From the NCBI GenBank assembly GCA_951406725.2, contig OX597830.1, forward strand, positions 69,750,001-69,814,000: a stretch of DNA of 64,000 nt, given 5' to 3'. The translations under genes were made by a program, and so were the position numbers. The stretch comes from Octopus vulgaris. Lineage: Eukaryota. Shown here piece after piece: positions 27,582 through 38,561 of this stretch (position 1 is the first letter of the stretch; each line of letters begins with the position of its first letter). The notes beneath the pieces are model-generated. The model saw only the letters and a program-made list of their open reading frames with translations, was not told the origin of the DNA and ran no database searches.

Positions 27582-28118
27582 TATATATATGTATGTATAT
27601 GTTTCTGTGTCTGTGTTTGTTCCCTCCACCATTGCTTGACAACTGGTGTTGGTGTGTTTACGTCCCCGTAACTTAGTGGCTCGGCAAAAGTGACTGATAG
27701 AATAAGTACTAGGCTTACAAAGAGTAAGTGCTGGGGTTGATTTGTTCGACTAAAGGTGGTGCTCCAGAATGGCTGCAGTCAAATGACTTAAACAGGTAAA
27801 AGAAAAAAAAAAGAATATATATATATATTTGCATACACAAATACAAGCACACACATACACAAACAAATGAAAAGTACTCAGTACATGTTGTGGAGTATAT
27901 TTTTATCCAGAGGCAACTGATAGTCCACTCCATTGTTATTCAGGCTTTCTAATACAAATGCATAATATCTCATATTTTTTTGTTTTTACTTCAAATAACA
28001 TTGAAATTTTCCTCTATCTTCTTACAGCATCATTTTAGAAGCTGACCCTTCAGCTATCGTCCAGAGAGTGGCAATAAAATCAGACGACATTCCATTAGGA
28101 GAACAGACAGTTGCACAG
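392..28118 (+). CDS. COPZ1: Coatomer subunit zeta (zeta-COP), spliced, 3'-partial: join(392..418,3319..3387,7218..7299,9858..9949,14434..14567,28028..28118)
   Basis: The six exons have GT-AG boundaries and compatible phases. They translate to [165 protein letters not shown], which is recognisably zeta-COP. The terminal exon was not found in the window. Confidence 0.95.
864..1185 (-). mobile_element. RTE 3'UTR-like repeat (family B) with (ATG)n tail
   Basis: catcatcatcgtttaacgtccgctttccatgc...ctggatgcccttcctaatgccaacc. The same sequence follows the RTE ORF stop at 37909-38410. Many further copies, e.g. 5545-5725, 7065-7170, 10152-10300, 11790-12272, 29671-29900, 48345-48520. Confidence 0.75.
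1384..1792 (+). mobile_element. tRNA-type SINE family A, full-length copy
   Basis: Head ggagtggctgtgtg...ggttcagttcc (A/B-box-like), ccttgggcaagtg core, internal (TA/TG)n tract, tail gaaacaagtaaaagagtaaaagag. About 35 full or partial copies occur in both orientations. Confidence 0.85.
2422..2651. repeat. Long fold-back palindrome (90-bp arms 2441-2530 and 2536-2625, 5-nt loop)
   Basis: Arms are reverse complements with about 2 mismatches around ctccct-gctga-agggag. Confidence 0.95.
2730..2890 (+). mobile_element. Penelope-like pseudo-LTR fragment with degenerate hammerhead motif
   Basis: ctgtaga-g-gagc-gtag-gctc-gaaa next to (TA)n. A near-identical copy lies at 13650-13800. Confidence 0.5.
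3319..3387 (+). CDS. COPZ1: zeta-COP exon 2 ([23 protein letters not shown])
   Basis: ttgcag|GAA...AAA|gtaagt, 69 nt, conserved ILDNDG motif. Confidence 0.95.
3612..4127 (+). mobile_element. Degraded RTE LINE 3' end (ORF tail plus 3'UTR)
   Basis: Diverged match to the VEGTCGRGRPRKTW..DLQTLGLTEEMT end of the 57034-58099 ORF, followed by family B UTR and gatgatgat tail. Confidence 0.65.
4433..4735 (-). mobile_element. tRNA-type SINE family D (Deu/Nin-like central domain)
   Basis: Reverse complement carries a tRNA-like head and ttcttgagcaagacactttatttc...cagctgtagaaat. Copies at 13152-13490, 26550-26818 and 50293-50597 on +. Confidence 0.7.
5121..5420. repeat. AT-rich fold-back element (about 135-bp arms) inserted in (TA)n
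   Basis: agaaaaaaacacctttatcaattc...gcacaaaataat is mirrored by attattttgtgc...gaattgataaaaggtgggttttttct. Confidence 0.9.
5951..6280. mobile_element. Inverted-repeat element (arms 5951-6051 and 6088-6191), possibly Helentron/HINE-type
   Basis: About 100-bp arms aagcatattgtgttgtgtatggggaga / tctccccatacacaacacaatatgctt, followed by agaattatctcccttg. The flank resembles 29980-30045. The superfamily call is tentative. Confidence 0.55.
7218..7299 (+). CDS. COPZ1: zeta-COP exon 3 ([27 protein letters not shown])
   Basis: tttccag|TAT...AATG|gtaagc, 82 nt, [14 protein letters not shown] motif. Confidence 0.96.
7630..7855 (-). mobile_element. tRNA-type SINE family C (Meta/Sauria-like core), young insertion with 16-bp TSD
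   Basis: Perfect TSD GGTCATTGCTAGTACC at 7614-7629 and 7856-7871. Core gcctttcatcctttcggggtcgataaattaagtaccag. Nested in a family B repeat. Confidence 0.85.
9472..9615. repeat. Fold-back palindrome with (CAT)n/(ATG)n inner arms
   Basis: atggccagatacattttcacagaatcccgaatatgaatgacattcatcatc mirrored by gatgatgaatgtcattcatattcaggattctgtgaaaatgtatctggccat. Confidence 0.9.
9858..9949 (+). CDS. COPZ1: zeta-COP exon 4 ([31 protein letters not shown])
   Basis: ttttcag|CT...GAG|gtgggt, 92 nt, phase 1 to 0. Confidence 0.96.
10595..10847. repeat. Fold-back palindrome (about 123-bp arms, loop tgac) with hammerhead-like motif in each arm
   Basis: Arms are reverse complements. Minus-strand left arm reads CTGAAGA-a-GGAAT-ttt-ATTCT-GAAA. 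Plus-strand right arm reads CAGAAGA-a-GGAAT-ttt-ATTCC-GAAA. Confidence 0.85.
13152..13490 (+). mobile_element. SINE family D copy
   Basis: tggcgcagtgggtatagc...gagttcgatccc head plus the family D body. Confidence 0.75.
14434..14567 (+). CDS. COPZ1: zeta-COP exon 5 ([14 protein letters not shown]...AIDEICDDG)
   Basis: ttttcag|TTA...GATGG|gtatgt, 134 nt, [13 protein letters not shown] and DEI motifs. Confidence 0.96.
14700..15108. mobile_element. Non-autonomous TIR DNA transposon (MITE), Merlin-like termini
   Basis: 30-bp TIRs GGATCTTTTCGGTTTGACCGGCAGTTTTTT / AAAAAACTGTCGGTCAAACCGAAAAGATCC. 8-bp TSD aagttttc / aaattttc (1 mismatch). Confidence 0.8.
16235..16479 (+). mobile_element. CR1-group LINE 3' end with (CTAA)n-like tail
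   Basis: Encodes [30 protein letters not shown]. Near-identical to 62790-63028. Confidence 0.75.
16480..17034 (-). mobile_element. Tc1-like transposon 5' half (degraded transposase)
   Basis: Minus strand: CAG-type terminus at 17034, ATG at 16907 giving [18 protein letters not shown].., frameshifted HTH ..[17 protein letters not shown], and ..[17 protein letters not shown], truncated by the CR1 tail. Confidence 0.7.
17438..17605 (-). mobile_element. tRNA(Arg)-like SINE head, CpG-intact
   Basis: Reverse complement ggcgcaatggcctagtggttagggcagcggactcgcggtcgcaggatcgcggtttcgattc has A and B boxes and continues into non-tRNA body. An older relative lies at about 32530-32820. Confidence 0.65.
17613..17671 (+). 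mobile_element. Helitron 5' fragment
   Basis: A|TCTTTATATAT...gtctcctacgatttagattcctaactac matches the 5' ends of the 46357 and 34952 copies. Confidence 0.65.
18107..19966 (+). repeat. Tandem duplication of about 0.9-0.95 kb (18107-19071 and 19057-19966)
   Basis: Unique sequence repeated at high identity. Both junctions fall in the SINE A motif ggtagatggaaactga. Confidence 0.9.
18595..18620 (+). repeat. Short interstitial telomeric sequence (TTAGGG)4TT
   Basis: Exact repeats flanked by duplicated GTTGTCATATGT. Absent from the sister duplicate at about 19513-19524. Confidence 0.95.
20318..21139 (+). mobile_element. Internally deleted Tc1/mariner element, DD37D (maT-like) transposase remnant
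   Basis: TA|CAGGGTGCA...TGCACCCTG|TA termini. Remnant [42 protein letters not shown] has 37 residues between the last two Asp. C-terminus [17 protein letters not shown]. Confidence 0.85.
21377..23348 (+). repeat. Tandem duplication of about 1 kb (21377-22353 and 22350-23348)
   Basis: SINE A remnant plus unique flank repeated almost exactly. Junction microhomology TACTA. Copy 1 carries an extra segment at 21541-21710. Confidence 0.9.
25770..26000 (-). mobile_element. Old RTE reverse transcriptase fragment
   Basis: Reverse complement aligns by eye to ..[28 protein letters not shown] of the 57-58 kb RTE ORF, with frameshifts. Confidence 0.55.
28028..28118 (+). CDS. COPZ1: zeta-COP exon 6 ([31 protein letters not shown])
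   Basis: cttacag|C...CAG|gtaagc, 91 nt, phase 2 to 0. Confidence 0.96.
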
Positions 28119-28287
28119 GTAAGCCATTCACGTTGAGTGTGTGTGTGTGTATGTAAATATTTATGTTGTTTGTATGTAAAATATGTGTATTTTTTTTCAG
28201 ACCTGATGAGGAAAAAAAAACTTGTAAAAAAAAAACACTCCACAATAAGATATGATAAAAAGTTTAAAAAAAAAAATGTTTACAATT

Positions 28288-28632
28288 AGGCGCAGGAGTG
28301 GCTGTGTGGTAAGTAGCTTGCTTACCAGCCACATGGTTCCGGGTTCAGTCCCACTGCGTGGCATCTTGGGCAAGTGTCTTCTGCTATAGCCTCGGGCCGA
28401 CCAATGCCTTGTGAGTGGATTTGGTAGACGGAAACTGAAAGAAGCCTGTCGTATATATGTATATATATATATATATATATAAAAAAGTTGAGTTGTGGGG
28501 TATCGCACGAGTGGGATTATATAAGAAAAAAGGTTTGAAAATGCAATTTAAACGATGTTTATTTACTTAACCGGTTTCAGAAACCGGTTAAGTAAATAAA
28601 CATCGTTTAAATTGCATTTTCAAACCTTTTTT

Positions 28633-28677
<45 letters not shown>

Positions 28678-28893
28678 ATATGTTTGTGTGTCTGTATTTG
28701 TCCCCCTAGCATTGCTTGACAACCGATGCTGGTGTGTTTACGTCCCCGTCACTTAGCGGTTCGGCAACAGAGACCGATAGAATAAGTACTGGGCTTACAA
28801 AGATTAAGTCCCGGGGTCGATTTGCTCGACTAAAGGGGCGGTGCTCCAGCATGGCCGCAGTCAAATGACTGAAACAAGTAAAAGAGTAAAGAG
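28288..28893 (+). mobile_element. SINE family A, young copy interrupted in its (TA)n tract
   Basis: CpG-intact head and tail. The internal microsatellite holds the 28480-28640 insert. Confidence 0.85.
28518..28640. repeat. Perfect palindrome, 61-bp arms, 1-nt spacer
   Basis: ...ttaaccggtttc-A-gaaaccggttaa..., centre at 28579, no mismatch seen. Confidence 0.95.
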
Positions 28894-29398
28894 TAATTAC
28901 ACACATACACTTACCCCGACCCCCATACACATGTACACATGCTTACACAGGCATAGCTACAGAGACATTCATATATGTGTGTGTGTGTGTGTTCATATAT
29001 TGTTAGGGTTTGTCATTTATGGAGAGGAGAAGAATATGCATGTGTAGGTTCAAATATTTTATTGTCTTCTCTCCTCACCCTCAATTCAATATATTTATCT
29101 AATATCTTTTTACATTGGTACAAAATATTATCTAAGGGAAATAACTCAAATGGGGCCTGTGGCACATGAATTTAGATAATCCGCAGAGGTGGTGCTACAC
29201 TGAACGGCATATGACAAAAAAAAAGTTTATCAATGAATTAAAATTTGCCTCTTAGTTGGTGAATGAAAACATGAACCGTATTAGTAACTCTTAAAAGAAA
29301 AGAAAATAATTTCAAAAATTTAGACTTATGTTGTATCTTTGGAAGGGTCATTATGCTAATAACAAACACATGAGCTGGCTCTGTTTCACTTCTTTATC

Positions 29399-29670
29399 AT
29401 TCATCAATTGATTAACTATTTAACCAACTAACTGATCGATTGTTTGATTATTAATTGGTCAGTTTATCAATCAGTCAGTCACGTTTGTCAAATATTTTTC
29501 ATCACAATTCACAACCTCTTGAAGCTGATCTGGAGTAGAGAGGACGTATAAAGAGGTCTAGAATGATGATGAAAGGACTTTGACAAACATAACTGACTGA
29601 TTAATTAACCTAACGATTAATCAAACAATGACTTAGTTAATTGGTTAAAATAGTTAATCAACTGACGAAT
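29399..29670. mobile_element. Old MITE-like element with about 110-bp imperfect inverted arms
   Basis: attcatcaattgattaactatttaacc...tttgtcaaa mirrored by tttgacaaa...ggttaaaatagttaatcaactgacgaat. Confidence 0.6.
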
Positions 29671-30120
29671 CATCATCGTCGTTTAACGTCCACTTTCCAT
29701 GCTAGCATGGGTTGGACGGTTTGTCTGTGGGCTGGCGAACCAGATGGCTGCACCAGACTCCAGTCTTGATCTGGCAGAGTTTCTACAGCTGGATGCCCTT
29801 CCTAACGCCAACCACTCCGAGAGTGTAGTGGGTGCTTTTACGTGCCACCGGCACGGGGGGCAGTACCGGCAATGACCTCGCTCGAATTTTTTTACACATG
29901 CCATTAATAAAGGAATAAAACAGAACCAGTGCATGTATTTATTAATGTCATAACGACCCTTCCAAGATACAGCAAAATCTGTTTCAACACACAAGTTCAC
30001 ATCAAGCATCTTACAAACCAAATACAGAAATGAAATTAACACATTAACTGCCACGACCTGTCACTGGAACTTAACGGTAGTGCTGTGTATTTTGCAGAGT
30101 CACACTGCATACTGTTTAAT

Positions 30121-30897
30121 TAAAAGGAAATGTAATTTTTTTGTATTCTTACAATATTTCGTAATTAAACTTTAATATTTATGACTCATTTTATTTAAAT
30201 ATCTTCAAAACCATTTCAAAGATTCAGAATAAAATATTTTCTCAAATTACGAAAATATACCCTTGGGTGTGCATATGGCAGTTGTGTGAAGTTTGCGATG
30301 AACCATTGGTGGTACTTGTGGCAGTTACCATGCTAAACATATAACAGGTGGAATATTTTGGCTGGATACAGCTGGTTTAAATGCTAAAGGATTAATGTAA
30401 TTCTTGGACAGAATCAACATGGCACAATGTGTGATAAAGCTGTGTCTTTTAATTACAGGGAAATGTAAAGGTGGTGAGCTGGCAGATTTGTTAGCATGCC
30501 AGGCAAAATACTTAGCGGCATTTTGTCCGTCTTTATGTTCTGAGTTCAAATTCTGCTGAAGTCGATTTTGCCTTTGCATCCTTTCATGGTCGATAAAATA
30601 AGTACCAATTGAGCACGGTGGGGGTCGATGTAATCAATTTACCCCCTCCCCCGAAATTGCTGGCCTTGCGCCAAAATTTGAAAGGAAAATGTTGTTTTTT
30701 TTTGCATTTTTACAATATTTCATAATTAAACTTTAATGTTTAGCACTCATATTATTCAAATATCCTCAGAAATATGTCAAAAATACCGAATAAAATATTT
30801 TCTCAAATTATGAAAATGTACCACTGGTGGTGTGAATGGTGGTTGTGTGAAGTTTACAATGAATCACCTGTGGTACGTGTGGCAGTTACCATGCTAT
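30121..30897 (+). repeat. Two diverged direct copies of about 215 bp (30121-30335 and 30680-30897) separated by a SINE C
   Basis: Shared gaataaaatattttctcaaatta and tgtggcagttaccatgcta. Confidence 0.75.
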
Positions 30898-31018
30898 ATA
30901 TCGATACTTGGGGACAAAATATGATCTTCGTTAGCAGCCAGGTGTATGTCTCTGTATTTGTTTACAACTTGTTACAGAAGCTGCAACGTACATGCAGTGT
31001 AGTTGTTGTCAGTTCCTG

Positions 31019-31162
31019 TCAACAAATTATCCACTTGCTTGTAAACAGGTAAGGGTTAGCAGTAACAAGGGCATTCACCTGATAAACAATAGTTTATTAG
31101 CAATTCATCTAACCCATGCAGGCGTAGAAAAAACAGATGTAAAATAAATAAATGAATGAATG

Positions 31163-31208
<46 letters not shown>

Positions 31209-31423
31209 ATATGTATGTATGTATATATATATGTATGTATATATATATATATCATCATCATCATCATCATCATCGTTTAACGTCCGTTCTCCATGCTAGC
31301 ATGGGTTGGACGGTTCGTGGGTTCTGGGAAGCAAAGGCTGCAAGGCTCCAGTCTAATCTGGCAATGTTTCTACAGCTGGATGCCCTTCCTAGATGTAAAA
31401 TAAATAAATGAATGAATGATATG

Positions 31424-31482
<59 letters not shown>

Positions 31483-31543
31483 ATATATATGTATGTATAT
31501 ATATATGTATGTATGTATGTATATATGTATATATATATATATG

Positions 31544-31575
<32 letters not shown>

Positions 31576-31885
31576 TGTATGTATATATATATGTATGTAT
31601 GTATATATATATATGTATGTATATATATATATATTCGCATGTGCATACATAGTTTAGGGGGTTTTTTTTTCCCTTCTTCCTGTTCTTGTCTTGCAAGTTA
31701 CTTAGTAATCTCACTAGTGCTGTTGTCTAAAAGCATCCTATCAACAAATTATCCACTTGCTTGTAAACAGGTAAGGGTTAGCAGTAACAAGGGCATTCAC
31801 CTGATAAACAATAGTTTATTAGCACATTCATCTAACCCATGCAGGCGTAGAAAAAACAGATGTAAAATAAATAAATGAATGAATG

Positions 31886-31922
<37 letters not shown>

Positions 31923-31976
31923 CATGTGCATACATAGTTTAGGGGTCTTTTTTCCTGTTCTTGTCTTGCAAGTTAC
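31019..31976 (+). repeat. Complex local duplication
   Basis: 31019-31170 recurs at 31741-31890, its tail recurs at 31391-31422, and 31634-31702 recurs at 31919-31976. Confidence 0.8.
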
Positions 31977-32120
31977 AAAGTGGTTGGCATTAGGAAAGGC
32001 ATTCAGCTGTCGAAATCAATTCAAAGCTAAAATTGGAATTTGACAGAGCTTGCTGGGCCCTATCAGACCTTTCAACCCTTGCCACCATGGAAAGCAGATG
32101 TTAAATGATGATGATGATGA

Positions 32121-32164
<44 letters not shown>

Positions 32165-32308
32165 ATATGTATATATATCATCATCATCATCGTTTAATGT
32201 CCGCTTTCCATGCTAGCATGGGTTTGACGGTTCAACTGGGGTCTGGGAAGCCCGAAGGCTGCACCAAGCCCAGTCAGATCTGGCAGTGTTTCTACAGCTG
32301 GATGCCCT

Positions 32309-32339
<31 letters not shown>

Positions 32340-33518
32340 ATACACACACACTAACAGATAATTGTATTTTTGTATGTTTTGCTGTAAATCAGTGTAAGAT
32401 TAAAATATGAGTGGATTACAGGGGTTCTTCAAGTGAAATATACTGTGATATGTATGATTCCCCATTTAAAACATTAAAATGATGGTAATGAGGATGATGA
32501 TACATATGTATGTGTATACATACATATCTGTGAGTGGTGCATGGCCTAGTGGTGAGGGTGTTGCACTCATGATTGTAAGATCATGGTTTCAATTCCTGGA
32601 CTTGGTGATGCATTGTAACCTTGAGAAAAAAAAAAACACTGACACCTGACGTGTGGTACACCATGCACCTGTTCAGGCAACGTCGATTTGCTGGAGGGTG
32701 GGGGCAACGTCGATTTGCTGGAGGGTGGGAGCTAATGTGTAGCACATACATTTGATCTCAATAAACAAATCGTCTGTGCAGGCCGTTCTGCATGAAATAG
32801 CAGAATCATTTTTCTTGGACTGTGAGAGACCACCATCACATTCCTGTATGTATACATATGTGTGTATCTATATGTATACGTACATGTTTTGTATGTATGT
32901 GTATATGTACATATATGTGTGTTAAAACCCCCCCACACACACATTGGTTGGTATTCAATTGTAGAAGCCATTCCAAGATTGAGATATTGGTGAGGAACAT
33001 GGTCTTCTATTCCATTGGATCCTACTGGATCCGTCAATCCGTATCAATGTAAAGAACAGACATAAAATGATAATGATATATATTTATTAACCCTTTTATT
33101 GCAAAACTTGGATATATCTACTCAAAATTCCATTAACCTTAACTGTGGGAAGCAGTTTTATATACCAGTGTATCCTTTGTGGCAGAATATCATGTTTGGA
33201 ACTATTTTTTTTTTGCTTTTATTATGTCAAGTTTATTGAGGTATCGAGACTTGTAGAAGATAGCAATCTATCTTTTTTTCTTTTTTTTATAGATGTTTAA
33301 CATCGTTACTGGAATAACCACAAACTTTAATTTCACAGTTAAACGGTTAATTTTAGGTGACAAAATTGCGAATCCTTTTTGTTACCTAAAGGATCAAACA
33401 TAGTGAAAAAAATTCTAAGTAGTGATGGACTGATTCATCTTGGGTTCAAAGGAATGAATGCGCTAAAAAATTACTATTTTCAAATCTCACAACGAGAGAT
33501 ATTCAGCAACAGTACTTC

Positions 33519-33864
33519 GGAGTAAAGATTGTTTGCCAACATGACGTGGCAGTCCTGGTTTAGGATGAATGTTGCTGTAATTTAGCCCCAGGAGACATTG
33601 TCGCCAGCTGGCTATATGACATAATCTGTGTCCTTATATTTTCGAACAAGGGAATCTAGCACCCCAAATCAGCTCAAAACAATATCTGTGTATCACGATT
33701 TCCAGGTTATTTCCCTTCATCAGCACAGAATAATTGTTCAAAAATATAAGGACACAGATCGTGTTGTATAGCCAGCTGGAGACGATGTCTCCTGGGACTA
33801 AATTACAGCAAGATTTGTCCTAAACCAGGACTGCCATGTTAAATTGGCAAACAATCTTTACTCC
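33519..33864. mobile_element. Fold-back Penelope-like element (about 130-bp arms) with hammerhead in the loop
   Basis: Arms 33519-33649 and 33734-33864 are imperfect reverse complements, followed by aataaa. Confidence 0.75.
33686..33728 (-). ncRNA. Minimal type I hammerhead ribozyme
   Basis: Minus strand CTGTG-CTGATGA-AGG-gaaataa-CCT-g-GAAA-TCGTGA-TA-CACAG: stem I CUGUG/CACAG, intact CUGAUGA and GAAA boxes, stem II AGG/CCU, short near-palindromic stem III, AUA cleavage triplet. Confidence 0.7.
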
Positions 33865-34558
33865 AATAAATGTGCTGTTCATGAATTGAGTACTATTTCT
33901 CTCATTTGTGTATCCAGTATGTCTTATGTGTCTATCTATCTATCTATCTATCTATCCACCTATTTATCTATCTTTTTCTTTTTTCCAATATACAAGTTGA
34001 CACAGTATGTAGTGTAAACATATAATGTAAAAACATTCAAACATCGTCACTATCATTCTAAATTCTGCAGTTCATGTGGAATATTTGCTCCTCTAAAGCT
34101 ATCTCGGTGTATAAGTCAATATACCATTTTTGGCTATAAATTTTGGTCTGGAAAATTTGACTTATATGCTGGAGAATAGGTTAGCTACCTACCTACCTAC
34201 CCAACCCTCACACTGAACGTGAACGTGTAACATTTACACACACACACGCGCACACACATTCTTGTGTATCCAAATGTGTATTTATCTATTTACCTATCTA
34301 CTACCTGTGTATTTACCCAGACCTACCCACTGGGTGTACAAGCATATACACATTTATGTATTATTCTAATGTGTGTGTGTGTTTGTCTGTCTGTCTGTCT
34401 TTCTGTCTACCTAACCTAACCAAAACCACTTACTGAGAGATAGAGAGAGGGAGAGGAGACATTATTTAATTAATTTAAGAATTAATCTTGTAGTGATCTT
34501 CCTCTTTATATTACATATATTTTAACTGTACACTTTTGTACTATTCATTTATATATAA

Positions 34559-34952
34559 TTGGCAGTATCGCCCGGCGTTGCTCGGGTTTGTAAGGGAAAT
34601 AACTATATAAGCATTTTTAGAGAGTTATAGCCAAAAAAATAGCAAAAAAATGCATTAAAAATGGAAAAAAAATGATGGTAAATTTTTTAAAATCGTTGAC
34701 TCATCGTAGACATTTTTAGAGTTACTTCCCTTATATAATAGTGAAAAAATGCATTAAAATGGAAAAAAATGATGGTAAATTTTTTTTTAAATCGTAGACT
34801 TATCGTAGACGCGCGCTAATACCCAGAAGGGCTTGATATGTATCACGACTATAAGATACCCGCTTTTGGTTAAACTACACCGCAAAATGTGGGAGTAGTT
34901 AGGAATCTAAATCGTAGGAGACAGACACACAACTTGACTTTATATATAAAGA
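34559..34952 (-). mobile_element. Non-autonomous Helitron
   Basis: Reverse complement starts A|TCTTTATATATAAAG and ends with the hairpin cccgagcaacgccggg plus a mutated CTAG. Homologous to 46357-46752. Confidence 0.75.
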
Positions 34953-35234
34953 TTCATGCTATAACTTTTATATTACACATTTATTTGTAATAGATATTGT
35001 CTAATTTGTGGAAACCATTTCTCTTTATTTCATTTTATATTATTTACCGGTTTTAGTATAAGACAAAAAAATGACAGACTTTGACAATGTTTTACTTATA
35101 CGTTCCTAGATAGTGTGTTGGGCAGAATACAACTGATTAAGACCAATTAATTAATTTGCACATTAATTAATACATTGTATCTCTGAGTTCAAATCCTGCT
35201 GTAATAAAATATTAAAGGAAAAAAAAATGATACA

Positions 35235-35648
35235 GTAGGAGTGGCTGTGTGGTAAGTAGCTTGCTTACGAACCACATGGTTCCGGGTTCAGTCCCACTGC
35301 GTGGCACCTTGGGCAAGAGTCTTCTACTATAGCCTCGGGCCCACCAAAGCCTTGTGAGTGGATTTGGTAGATGGAAACTGAAAGAAGCCCGTCGTATATA
35401 TGTATATATATATATATATATGTATGTGTTTGTGTGTCTGTGTTTGTCCCCCCAACATCGCTTGACAACCGATGCTGGTGTGTTTAAATCCCTGTAACTT
35501 AGCGGTTCGGCAAAAGAGACCGATAGAGTAAGTACTAGGCTTACAAAGAATAAGTCCCGGGGTCGATTTGCTCGACTAAAAGGTGGTGCTCCAGCATGGC
35601 CACAGTCAAATGACTGAAACTAGTAAATGAGTAAAAAGAGTAAAGAGT
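35235..35648 (+). mobile_element. SINE family A full-length copy
   Basis: Head, core, (TA/TG)n tract and gagtaaa tail all present. Confidence 0.85.
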
Positions 35649-35976
35649 AATATACAAAGGTTAATCCAATTCTTTCTGTCCCTCCTTTATATCGAAATCA
35701 TGGCCCTGAGTGTATGTGCTTACTCAAAAGAAATCTTTTTTTTTTTTTTTATTTCTGTTGTACTGATAAATTTTTCGTCAGTGTGTTGCAGTCCACCTTG
35801 TGTCGAGAAATAGTTTGAGGACATAAGTTTAGAACTGGAAGGAGAAAGAGAGATACAATAAGGTGGCACAGATTGTAATATTTGGCTATTACATTCTGTT
35901 GATATTTACAATGAAGTGAATGTTTTATTTGACATTAAACGATCTTCATATTCAGCTTTTCATTTAATATATATGT

Positions 35977-36019
<43 letters not shown>

Positions 36020-36095
36020 TGCATATTTGCATATGCTTGTATATATGTATATATTATTTATATATCATGTATATATTATATACATCTATTATATG

Positions 36096-36148
<53 letters not shown>

Positions 36149-36599
36149 GTACATGCTGTGATGTGATATTAAACTGGATTTCTGATGGGACATCAGTGAT
36201 ATGAGATATTGATATTGTCTCATCATAATCCTATTATGATTATCTGATTTTCAACTATTTCGATACCAATATTTACTACATTCTGAGTTATTTGATATTA
36301 AACTATCTTGTGATATCTGGTGGGACCCCTTTACATTATTTACTGTGATATGAGATAGAGATGTTATATTGAATATTAAACTATTTCTGATATCAGGGTT
36401 TGGCGCCTATCGCTATTCATCTACACACACACACTTATACATATATATTATATATATCACATGTATATATATATATATATTATATCACATATATAATATA
36501 TATATATATATATGATATTTTATGCATATATATATATAAAACATTATTTATATATATATATATATATTTTATGCATATATATATATATATATAAAATAT

Positions 36600-36665
<66 letters not shown>

Positions 36666-37621
36666 CATAGATATGTATGTGCATGTATGTAGGAAGTTAT
36701 TTGCTTGTTTAGAGGAGGGAGGTTTTAGAGTTATAATGTCGTTGGAAACGGTTTATTGTGAAATTTCGGCTCTTCTGTATTTATTTTATTTGTTTTCGAT
36801 TAGTATAGTTTCATAAGCTTGTGTGACTTTTTTTTTTATATTTATTGATCTAGGTCAAACATTTTCCAGGGTCCAGTGCACTATAATAGAAATAACAATG
36901 TTCATGTAGGGCTTTCATAAAAGGGAGCATGCCGGTCTTTTCTTTTAGCGGGGAGTTTTATAAGTTAATTAGGTATTTATTAAAATTCGTTCAGTGTTCA
37001 CACAGCTATTTAAAAATTGGGATTTCAAGAACTCAAGAGTGCTATTAACCTGCTTTTTGCTATTTCTTATAATTTCTTTTTTTTTTTTAATTCTGTCGCT
37101 GAAATGATTTCATGTGTGGAAACGCACAACAGATGACAGAGTATTTTAAGCTATTGTTTTAAGTTTCATAGACAATGTTTAAGAGTGTGTGGGTTATTAT
37201 GAGATATCATCAAAAGATCAGATCATGCTACCCATAAAAATATAAGAGGGCATAATAAGTATGAGTTATAAAAACATTGGAGTTAAAGTTAAGGCGTTTT
37301 GTCGTCATACTTCAGAAGTCTGAACTATATATAAAGTGTTAAATAATACAGTCAGCATGTGAGCTTCAGATAGCAATGATCAAACCACATGGTTCTGAGT
37401 TCAGTTCCACTGCGTGGCACCTTGGGCAAGTGTCTTCTGCTATAGCCTTAGTCCAAGGCTATAGTGGAATTTTGAGTGGATTTGGTAGACAGAAACTGAA
37501 GGAAGCCTGTTGTGTATAAGACTGGAGTTTGGTGCAGCCATATGGTTCGCCAGCCCACAGTCAAACCGTCCAACCCATGCTAGCATGGAAAGCGGACGTT
37601 AAACGACGACGATGATGATGA

Positions 37622-37656
<35 letters not shown>

Positions 37657-37669
37657 TATATAAACAAGA

Positions 37670-38561
<892 letters not shown>

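Noticed and set aside
35782-35826. GTGTTGCAGTCC (VLQS) after an AG, resembling the zeta-COP last exon
   Set aside because: It is one base out of phase with the acceptor and continues TLCREIV*, with no AKEQ or WSLL similarity.
36160-36400. GATAT-rich block with a thrice-repeated atattaaact motif
   Set aside because: It appears to be a decayed low-complexity minisatellite with no further structure.
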